Shown piece by piece: positions 50,634-58,298 of a stretch of DNA of 64,000 nt; the first letter of the stretch is position 1, and every line of letters starts with the position of its first letter. Source of the stretch: Bacteroidales bacterium. GTDB taxonomy: Bacteria > Bacteroidota > Bacteroidia > Bacteroidales > UBA932. The position numbers and the translations under genes were made by a program. The notes below the pieces were generated by a model, which was not told the DNA's origin, searched no databases, and saw nothing but the letters and a program-made list of their open reading frames with translations. The stretch is from the NCBI GenBank assembly GCA_017428325.1, contig JAFRRA010000005.1, forward strand, positions 126,007 through 190,006, read 5' to 3'.

Positions 50634-52046
50634 ATGGTTAAAGTTAATTCAGTTAGATGTTTGTTTGCGTGGTCTGCTGCGCTTTTCCTGATGCTTTCTT
50701 CAGCAGGTCAGTCCTTAGCCCAAGATATGGCTGACACCGGGGAAAGCGCAGAGTCCCCAATGCCGATGACTCTCCTTCAGTGTATGGAATATGCCGTGGA
50801 GCACTCATCAAAGATGAAGATGGCCCAGGCGGATCTTTCCGATGCCAGAGTGGAGCGTAGAGATGCAATCCTGAAAACTTTCACTCCATTTGTGAGTGCA
50901 TCTTCTTATGGCTATTACAACTGGGGCCGAAGCGTTGACCCTGAGACCAACACCTACAGCAACATCAAGTCTTTCCACAACGGATATTCTCTTTCAGCCG
51001 GCCTTACTTTGTTTGACGGATTCCAGGCAGTCAACAATATGAAGATTGCAGAGACTTCTCTTCTTATGGGTATCAGCCGGGAGCAACAGACTGAGGATGA
51101 GGTTTGTCTGGCAACTATGGAAGCCTGGAGCAATGTACTTTATTATACTGAGTTGTCAAAGATTCTCCAGGATCAGGTGGCAGCCGCCGAGTTGTCTCTT
51201 TCCAAAGCCAGAAAGGAAGAGCAGCTTGGCAAGAAGGCTTACGCAGACGTGGTCCAGATGGAAGCCGAACTTTCAGACAAGCAGTATCAGAGCCTTCAGG
51301 CCAAGAACCGCGCGGAGGATGCGCTTCTTACCCTCAAGAGCGTGATGATGTGGCCGATGGAGGAGCCTCTTGTCCTGGATGAGAACGAGCCGTCTCGTCT
51401 TGCAAATGAGACTGCCGGAACAAAAGAAGACATCAGTCAGATTGTAGAATATGCCTTGGCCCACAATCCCCAGGCAATAATCGCCGAGGGAAATGTCAGC
51501 AATGCCAAAAGACAGCTTTCCACAGCCAGATGGCAGCTGGCTCCGAGCCTGAGCCTTAATGGTGGCTGGTCAACGTCTTATTTCACATATCCAGGCAGAG
51601 CCGGCTACACGCCGACTCCATTCAGGGAGCAATTCAAGAATAATCGCGGAGAATACCTTCAGGTAAGCATAAGCATTCCGATATATAACAGACTGCAGTC
51701 TCAATCGTCTGTAAGAAAAAGAAAGAACGCGTATGACAAGGCGGTAGCCGAAAGAGACCAGAAGATGACAGAGCTGGCCTCTGAGGTGAAAAGGGCTGTA
51801 CAGGACAGGGACAATACCCTCTCATCCTGGAAGCTGGCCGTAAAAAGGGCTGAAGTCCAGGAAGAAGCATATAAGCTGAATGTCAAGAAATACGAGCAGG
51901 GCATGATTTCCTCCATAGAGTATCAGACAGCAGTAAACACCTGGCTCCAGGCTCAGGCCGACAGGCTTCAGGCCCAGCTCACCTATATGATCAAGGAAAA
52001 GGTTCTCAGATATTATCAGGGGCAGAGTTATCTGTCTCAGCGATAA
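50634..52046 (+). CDS. TolC-family outer-membrane efflux protein
   Basis: The 470-aa ORF has a signal peptide. It has the two-repeat coiled-coil pattern typical of outer-membrane factor proteins (LTLLQCMEYAVEHS..., ...IVEYALAHNPQ). Confidence 0.85.
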   Translation: MVKVNSVRCLFAWSAALFLMLSSAGQSLAQDMADTGESAESPMPMTLLQCMEYAVEHSSKMKMAQADLSDARVERRDAILKTFTPFVSASSYGYYNWGRSVDPETNTYSNIKSFHNGYSLSAGLTLFDGFQAVNNMKIAETSLLMGISREQQTEDEVCLATMEAWSNVLYYTELSKILQDQVAAAELSLSKARKEEQLGKKAYADVVQMEAELSDKQYQSLQAKNRAEDALLTLKSVMMWPMEEPLVLDENEPSRLANETAGTKEDISQIVEYALAHNPQAIIAEGNVSNAKRQLSTARWQLAPSLSLNGGWSTSYFTYPGRAGYTPTPFREQFKNNRGEYLQVSISIPIYNRLQSQSSVRKRKNAYDKAVAERDQKMTELASEVKRAVQDRDNTLSSWKLAVKRAEVQEEAYKLNVKKYEQGMISSIEYQTAVNTWLQAQADRLQAQLTYMIKEKVLRYYQGQSYLSQR

Positions 52047-52082
52047 TTACACAAATAATAAAGAAATAGGATAGCAATTGAT

Positions 52083-53339
52083 ATGGATAGGGTTATTGAA
52101 AAGAAACAGGGAATAAGCCGGGCTTTCACGATGAAAGCCATCCCATACTGGCTGGGAGCGTTTGTGCTGCTCTTTGTGGTTTACCTTCTTGCCAAGGGTA
52201 ACCAGAAGACTCTCAGGGCAGATGTCAAGAGCATCACTCTCAGCGAAGTGAAAAAGGGAGAGTTCAAAGATTACATCAGGATCAACGCCCAGGTTCAGCC
52301 AATGGTTACCATACAGCTCAGCCCGATGGAAGGCGGAGTGGTGGAGCAGATTCTCATAGAGGAAGGCACTGCCGTAAAGAAGGGCGATCCGATATTACGC
52401 CTGAGGAATGACAACCTGGACCTTCAGATCCTCAATGCCGAGGCAGAACTGGCCGAAAAGGAGAACATCCTGCGTAACACCATGATTTCCATGGAACAGC
52501 AGAAGCTCTCCGTACGAAAGGAGAGGCTTGCCCTGGAGATGGAAGTCCAGAGGAACAGGCGTACATACGATCAGTACAAGGCTCTTTATGCAGACAAGCT
52601 TGTTTCAAGAGACGAGTATCTCAAGGCTGAGGAAGATTTCATCCTGAGCCAGAAAAATTACCAGCTCACCAAAGAAAGGGAAAGGCAGGACAGCCTTTAC
52701 CGCTCCGTAGAAATCCAGCAGATGAACGAGAGCCTTTCCAACATGCGTCTGAATATGAATATGATAAGGGAGAGGAAAAACAACCTCACCGTTACCGCTC
52801 CTATAGACGGAGAACTCGGTCTTCTGGATGTTGTACTTGGCCAGAATGTTGCCGCCGGAATGAAGATTGGCCAGATCAACAACCTCGAAACCTACAAGAT
52901 AGAGGCTCAGATCGATGAGCATTACATAGATCGCGTGACAGCCGGTCTTTCAGCTTCTTTCGACCGCCAGGGAGAAACATACAACACCGTAATCCGTAAA
53001 GTCTATCCAGAGGTCAGGGAAGGAAAGTTTAAGGCAGACTTCCTCTTCACGGGAGCCCAGCCGGACAACATAAGGACCGGACAGACTTATTACCTGAACC
53101 TCCAGCTCGGACAGAGCGAGGAAGCCATCCTCATCAGCCGCGGCTCCTTCTACCAGAAGACCGGCGGACAGTGGATTTACGTGATGGACAAGGACGGAAA
53201 GGGCGCAACCAAGCGCAAAATCAAGATCGGCAGGCAGAACCCTCAGTACTTTGAGGTGCTTGAAGGCCTGAATCCTGGAGAGAAGGTAATCACTTCCAGT
53301 TATGACAACTACGGCGACAGCGATGTACTTGTATTCTAA
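52083..53339 (+). CDS. Efflux periplasmic adaptor subunit (HlyD/MacA family)
   Basis: The protein has an N-terminal TM anchor, a lipoyl-like segment (VEQILIEEGTAVKKGDPILRL), a long coiled-coil hairpin and beta-barrel segments. Confidence 0.85.
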   Translation: MDRVIEKKQGISRAFTMKAIPYWLGAFVLLFVVYLLAKGNQKTLRADVKSITLSEVKKGEFKDYIRINAQVQPMVTIQLSPMEGGVVEQILIEEGTAVKKGDPILRLRNDNLDLQILNAEAELAEKENILRNTMISMEQQKLSVRKERLALEMEVQRNRRTYDQYKALYADKLVSRDEYLKAEEDFILSQKNYQLTKERERQDSLYRSVEIQQMNESLSNMRLNMNMIRERKNNLTVTAPIDGELGLLDVVLGQNVAAGMKIGQINNLETYKIEAQIDEHYIDRVTAGLSASFDRQGETYNTVIRKVYPEVREGKFKADFLFTGAQPDNIRTGQTYYLNLQLGQSEEAILISRGSFYQKTGGQWIYVMDKDGKGATKRKIKIGRQNPQYFEVLEGLNPGEKVITSSYDNYGDSDVLVF

Positions 53340-53373
53340 AGAATTGATAAAAGAAAACAATAATAATTCAGCT

Positions 53374-54054
53374 ATGATTAAAGTAAGCAATCTTTCAAAG
53401 GTCTTCCGTACGGAAGAAATCGAGACCACTGCACTTGACGGTGTTTCATTTGAGATCAAGCAAGGGGAGTTTGTGGCCATAATGGGGCCTTCCGGATGCG
53501 GAAAGTCAACCCTTCTGAACATCCTCGGCCTTCTGGACAATCCTACGGGCGGAAGCTATCAGCTTCTTGGAACCGAGGTGGCCAAGTTGAGGGAAAAAGA
53601 GAGGACAAAATTCCGCAAGGGCAACATCGGGTTTGTTTTCCAGAGCTTCAACCTCATCGATGAACTTAATGTGTATGAGAACGTTGAACTTCCTCTAAGG
53701 TATCTGAACATATCTGCATCGGAGAGGAAAAAGAGAGTTACCGAGATGCTCAAGAGGATGAATATCTCTCACCGTGCAAAGCATTTTCCTCAGCAGCTTT
53801 CAGGAGGTCAGCAGCAGAGGGTTGCAATTGCCAGAGCCGTGGTTTCCAACCCGAAACTGATTCTGGCCGATGAGCCTACCGGAAACTTGGACTCAAAGAA
53901 CGGCAAGGAGGTTATGGACCTGTTGAGTGAATTGAACAAGGAGGGAACCACAATCGTGATGGTGACCCACTCCCAGAAAGATTCCACATTTGCCCAGAGG
54001 GTGATTGACCTGTTTGACGGACGTATAGTAAACGACGTTAAGAATCTGCTTTAA
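53374..54054 (+). CDS. MacB/LolD-type ABC transporter ATP-binding protein
   Basis: Walker A is GPSGCGKST, the signature motif is LSGGQQQRVAIARA and Walker B is LILADEPTGNLD. I set the start at the ATG at 53374. Confidence 0.9.
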   Translation: MIKVSNLSKVFRTEEIETTALDGVSFEIKQGEFVAIMGPSGCGKSTLLNILGLLDNPTGGSYQLLGTEVAKLREKERTKFRKGNIGFVFQSFNLIDELNVYENVELPLRYLNISASERKKRVTEMLKRMNISHRAKHFPQQLSGGQQQRVAIARAVVSNPKLILADEPTGNLDSKNGKEVMDLLSELNKEGTTIVMVTHSQKDSTFAQRVIDLFDGRIVNDVKNLL

Positions 54055-54062
54055 AGAATATT

Positions 54063-56474
54063 ATGAGAACATATCTCCGTTTCCTGAAGGAACACAAGTT
54101 TTATACTCTGATAGAAATCATAGGCATTAGTGTGGCTCTGGCTTTCATTATCCCGCTTCTGAGCTATACCAATGACCTGTGGAGGCTGGACCACGAGAAC
54201 CGGGACTATGACCGTATTTACACGATGACCCTGTGGGGCAAGTATCTGGGCGGATGTTTCGACCAGCCGGAGTTTCTGAAATCCAATATACCGGAAGTTG
54301 AGCAGACGACTCTTTTCAGCGCCACCCGCCCTGCGGACATAAAGATTGGTGATGAAAGCTACAGCATTGAGCTGCTTCTGTGCGATTTGGATTTCTTTGA
54401 CTTCTTTCCTACAAGGTTCATCTCAGGAAACCGCAATGTTCTCAGCGACAACACTAACGCTCTGGTGTCCGAGAGCTTCGCCCGCAAGGCGGGCTGGGGC
54501 AGAGATGCCATGGGCAAGCACTTTGTGCTGGATGATCTGGAATATACAGTAGAAGGCATAATCGGCGATTATGAAAGGTCTCTGATGCTGCCTCACGATG
54601 TGGTAATCAACATTGCAGGACCTACTCTCCAGTATTACTGGAAGAATCCGCAGCGGATACACCAGAAAGACCTCTGCCTTTTCAAGGTGAAAGATGGCAC
54701 AGACCGGGATGAACTGATTGCAAAGATCCGCTCGGCGGCCAGAAACAATTATAGCAGCATATTATATCTTGAAGAAGCCTCGGAAGAAGACGTTAAAAGG
54801 ATCCTGGAGGAGCAGGTCAAGCTTTTCCGCTACGATGAGCTGTCGGATACTTCAGGAGGATGTCTTACAGCATCAAAGAGCTATTTGTTTGATTTTGTTT
54901 TGATACTCAGCCTTGTGCTGCTTATGTTCGCCTTGTTCAACTACATAGCTCTCAATGTGGCAATGGGGTCTTTCAGGGCCAAGGAAATGGCTACGCGCAG
55001 GCTTCTGGGGTCTTCCAGAAAGGATGTTCTGGGCAAGCTTCTGAAGGAGTCTCTGATACTGACTTCCATCTGTTTCGTTCTTGGTGTGGCTGTTTCATAT
55101 CTGATTGTGCCTCAAATCAATGCAGTATTCCGTACTACAGGGCTGGGATTTGACGTGAGAGTGGGCTATAACTGGCAGAGCCTTCTGATGTACGTTGCGC
55201 TTGGTGTTGTGGTGGGCCTGATTGCGGGGTTTGTTCCGGCCATACTTATATCGCGATACAAGGCAATAGAGGTAATCAAGGGAGAGATGAGAGCCAAAAG
55301 CAAAATGGTGTTCAGCAAGGTATTCATCTTTGTCCAGTGCCTTGTGACTATGGTTCTTCTGACGGCTTCTCTGGTTTATGTGTTCCAGTACAGGAAGATG
55401 GTTTCTCTTCCTTTGGGTGCAGATGTGAAAGATGTCTATTATCTGTACGGGCCATACGCCCATCACGAGCTTGACCCTGCGATTGAGGCACTCAGGAAAC
55501 TGCCTTTCGTGGAAAAGATTGGATATTGTGACGACAAGCCGGGCACTCTTTCAGAAATGGCTTTCATCACGGATGAATCGGGTTCCACCCAGATGATTGT
55601 AAATACTTCCGATGGGGCGGAGGAAAAACGGGGATACAACGTGTCCAAACTCTACTGCGACCGTGGAGCCTTTGAAGCATACGGCTTCAAGATCGTGAAG
55701 GATTTCAAGAGGGAAGAAGACAGGGTGGGATACTTGACTGAAGGCTTGGTCAAGCTGATGGGGCTCAACCCTGAGGACATCCAGCCTACGCAGGATCAGC
55801 TTGACAACCTGGGTATTACGGCAGTGGGAGGAATTATAGAGGACTTCAGGGGAAGCTATTATTACGACAATGCTACCTATGTCTGCATAATGGATGACTG
55901 GTATGTGAACCCGACTGCTTATTACAAGTCTTTGGCCATCAAGGTCAACGGTCACCACGGCGCTGCTGAAAAGGAGATAATGGAGTGCCTCAAGAACACT
56001 CTCGACCAGTCCTGGGGTATCTACAAGGAGCCTCACAGCAAGGGTTTTGTTCCCGCGTTGAACCGTGAGCATCTGAAGGACGAACATGCGCTGATGATTC
56101 TTATTCTGATGTTTGCCGGTCTTATGCTCATACTGTCTTTACTCGGCCTGACGGGCCTGAGCACCTGGTTCATATCGCTGAAGGAACACGACATTGCAGT
56201 CAGGAAAGTCTTTGGCGGTACAGTTTCCTCAGAGACCTGGAAAAATGTCAGGGGTTATATGATTCTGGTAGTGATAGCCTGCCTTGTTGCAATTCCTCTT
56301 GCCTGGTATATCTGTAAAGATCTCCTTTCAGTCTATGTCCATAGAGTAAATCTAAGCGCCTGGTTCTTCATTGCTGCTTTGCTGATTATCGTTGCTTTCT
56401 CCTTTGCCGCTGTTTCCATCCAGACCCTCAGGGTCACCCGCCTCAACCCGGCCGGAGTGCTGAAAAAAGAATAA
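54063..56474 (+). CDS. FtsX/MacB-type ABC transporter permease (double-module, 803 aa), copy 1
   Basis: There are two MacB_PCD-like periplasmic regions, each followed by an FtsX 3-TM module (ATRRLLGSSRKDV..., IAVRKVFGGTVSS...). The C-terminus is NPAGVLKKE. Confidence 0.85.
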   Translation: MRTYLRFLKEHKFYTLIEIIGISVALAFIIPLLSYTNDLWRLDHENRDYDRIYTMTLWGKYLGGCFDQPEFLKSNIPEVEQTTLFSATRPADIKIGDESYSIELLLCDLDFFDFFPTRFISGNRNVLSDNTNALVSESFARKAGWGRDAMGKHFVLDDLEYTVEGIIGDYERSLMLPHDVVINIAGPTLQYYWKNPQRIHQKDLCLFKVKDGTDRDELIAKIRSAARNNYSSILYLEEASEEDVKRILEEQVKLFRYDELSDTSGGCLTASKSYLFDFVLILSLVLLMFALFNYIALNVAMGSFRAKEMATRRLLGSSRKDVLGKLLKESLILTSICFVLGVAVSYLIVPQINAVFRTTGLGFDVRVGYNWQSLLMYVALGVVVGLIAGFVPAILISRYKAIEVIKGEMRAKSKMVFSKVFIFVQCLVTMVLLTASLVYVFQYRKMVSLPLGADVKDVYYLYGPYAHHELDPAIEALRKLPFVEKIGYCDDKPGTLSEMAFITDESGSTQMIVNTSDGAEEKRGYNVSKLYCDRGAFEAYGFKIVKDFKREEDRVGYLTEGLVKLMGLNPEDIQPTQDQLDNLGITAVGGIIEDFRGSYYYDNATYVCIMDDWYVNPTAYYKSLAIKVNGHHGAAEKEIMECLKNTLDQSWGIYKEPHSKGFVPALNREHLKDEHALMILILMFAGLMLILSLLGLTGLSTWFISLKEHDIAVRKVFGGTVSSETWKNVRGYMILVVIACLVAIPLAWYICKDLLSVYVHRVNLSAWFFIAALLIIVAFSFAAVSIQTLRVTRLNPAGVLKKE

Positions 56475-56604
56475 AGGAACTGAAATACTTGAAACAATAT
56501 TATAAAGAGACAAGATGTGCTGATATTGCAGTGGTTGCCATTTCATCGCTGAGGATAGTCAATTCCAACCCTGTTGATTCATTGAAGAATGAATAGTTTA
56601 TTAT

Positions 56605-56612
56605 ATATTTGC
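56605..56612 (+). promoter_or_regulatory. -7 box (TATATTTG) for the small lipoprotein gene
   Basis: This is an exact TAnnTTTG match about 43 nt upstream of the ATG at 56655. Confidence 0.4.
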
Positions 56613-56654
56613 CGGCCGTGTTTGGGCATTGTGTTTTAAAAGAAACGAATCTAA

Positions 56655-57146
56655 ATGAAGACATTGAGAAATTTAATATTTGCGGTGCTGCTATTGACAG
56701 GGCTGTGCGGATGTGAGAAAACTTTTACGGAAATTAATCTTGACAACTTGGAAGGTTCTTGGCAGAAGGAATATGCAAAGGGAGTCCAGGATGCGGGATT
56801 GGTGATATGGACCTTTTCAGATAACAACAATCCGGACAGTAAGGATTGGCTGACATTGGACATATATGTCTCAGACGTGTTTGCCGGAGACTCTGAGGCC
56901 AAGTATATTTACCGTCCCCACCAGAACGGCTATCCAGGCGTAGGCAGTTCAACTCCGGAGTTGTATCTCTATGAATCAGACCATGATTTCATGGCAGAGG
57001 ACGGGAAGGTAGCCTTTACTCCCGCGGCACGTTATTATGTCAAGGAATGTACCAAAGACAAGCTTGTCCTTCAGCGCATTGAGGTGAATGTGGATGGAGC
57101 GAATCTGTTGGAAGGCGATGTAGCTTTCAGGAGAGTCAAGCCCTAA
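56655..57146 (+). CDS. Lipoprotein, hypothetical
   Basis: The 163-aa ORF has the lipobox LLLTGLCGCE. I recognise no family. Confidence 0.6.
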   Translation: MKTLRNLIFAVLLLTGLCGCEKTFTEINLDNLEGSWQKEYAKGVQDAGLVIWTFSDNNNPDSKDWLTLDIYVSDVFAGDSEAKYIYRPHQNGYPGVGSSTPELYLYESDHDFMAEDGKVAFTPAARYYVKECTKDKLVLQRIEVNVDGANLLEGDVAFRRVKP

Positions 57147-57185
57147 TCTCATGGATGAGGTCCAATCTTCACTCATATCAAACAG

Positions 57186-57470
57186 TTATTTGTTGAATAT
57201 ATCAGAATGGGTTCCGGTACGGGTCATCAGCATTACCAGTTCGTCATCCAGTTGTTGCCATAGAAGAAGCCAGTCTGATTGTATGTGACATTCCCAGATA
57301 CCGTTCATAGTGCCGGCAAGTTTATGTGGTTTGTATGATGAAGGTAGACATCCATCGTTAAGAAGCAAATTAATAGCAGCTGCCAATTTCTCAAGTGAGT
57401 ATCCTCGTTTTTTGCAAAGCTTCAGATCCCTTCTGAACTGTGTTGTAGCACGATATTTATATTTATTCAT
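57186..57470 (-). CDS. Type II toxin, YafQ/RelE-family mRNA interferase
   Basis: The 94-aa ORF reads YRATTQFRRDLKLCKKRGYSLEKL...YKPHKLAGTMNGIWECHIQSDWLLLWQ...LMTRTGTHSDIF, a YafQ-type pattern with the C-terminal GTHSDLF-like motif. The ATG at 57468-57470 overlaps the antitoxin stop. Confidence 0.8.
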   Translation of the reverse strand: MNKYKYRATTQFRRDLKLCKKRGYSLEKLAAAINLLLNDGCLPSSYKPHKLAGTMNGIWECHIQSDWLLLWQQLDDELVMLMTRTGTHSDIFNK

Positions 57471-58086
57471 CTTCTTCCTCAATTTCCTTCATCATCTGTT
57501 CAACACTGTCATATTCTTTAACTCGACCTTCTCTGATGTCATCAAGGGCCATCTCCAGTCCTGCTTTAGGAAAGTTAACCAGAAATTCCCATCCCATTTT
57601 CTTAGCTAAGGCTTTTGCAAGCGGCACATCTTCAGATGGTATCCAGAATTCTGTAATATCCTTGCTGCCGTAAGTTGTGGCAGGTTCTTTAAGCTCTTCG
57701 GATTTCTCTTCGATGGTTTTATAGCTATTGGAAGAAGGCTCCATAACTTTTGCAGGATCTTCAACGGCTTTTTCCAGAGCCTTTCTGATGAAAGTATTGA
57801 TACTGATTCCCTCTGCTGCCGCAAAGTCAGCTATAGAATTGTGGGTTGCCGGAGAAATTCTGATATTCAGGGTTCCTGTATAGCTCTTTTTTGGTTTGAT
57901 ACCATTATCCTCGCAAAAAAGGAGATAGTCATCTACCGCTTTATGAAAAGCGTTTGTGAGTTCTTTAATGCTTGCGCCTTCAAAATTGACCAGGCCGTCG
58001 ATGCCTTCAATTTTCCCGAAAAAAACTCCGTCTGCTTCGCTGAAATTAACGGAGCCAATAAATCCTTTATACTTTAAACTATTCAT
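57463..58086 (-). CDS. Antitoxin with HicB-like N-domain, ribbon-helix-helix and long acidic C-terminal extension
   Basis: LKYKGFIGSVNFSEADGVFFGKIEGIDGLVNFEGASIKELTNAFHKAVDDYL shows the HicB-fold pattern. LNIRISPATHNSIADFAAAEGISINTFIRKALE is a ribbon-helix-helix (RHH). A tail of about 100 aa ends in KEIEEEDE. I set the start at the ATG at 58084-58086. Confidence 0.7.
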   Translation of the reverse strand: MNSLKYKGFIGSVNFSEADGVFFGKIEGIDGLVNFEGASIKELTNAFHKAVDDYLLFCEDNGIKPKKSYTGTLNIRISPATHNSIADFAAAEGISINTFIRKALEKAVEDPAKVMEPSSNSYKTIEEKSEELKEPATTYGSKDITEFWIPSEDVPLAKALAKKMGWEFLVNFPKAGLEMALDDIREGRVKEYDSVEQMMKEIEEEDE

Positions 58087-58298
58087 GCTGCAAATGTAAC
58101 TAAACAATAGTTACAAAACAAAATATTCATTCAAGCTTTTTATGAATAATATTGGAACACTTTGTAAAATATTCAGCGTGTTGTAAAAAAAGTTTACAGC
58201 ACCACTTCTTGTTCTTTTTAGCAAGTGTCGTATAATCAGTGGATTATGATGTGTGGCACATTTAATGATTCTTGTTGTATGACATAACTCAATATTAT

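Noticed and set aside
56578-56595. The hairpin ATTCATT-gaag-AATGAAT lies after permease copy 1.
   Set aside because: It is a 7-bp all-AT-rich stem with no following T-run, which makes it too weak to call a terminator or operator. It may simply be part of the AT-rich insert.
58251-58270. A second TGGCAC (-24-like) element lies upstream of permease copy 2.
   Set aside because: The position 10 nt after the GG carries GA, not GC (TGGCACATTTAATGAT). There is therefore no -12 element, and I do not call it a sigma-54 promoter.
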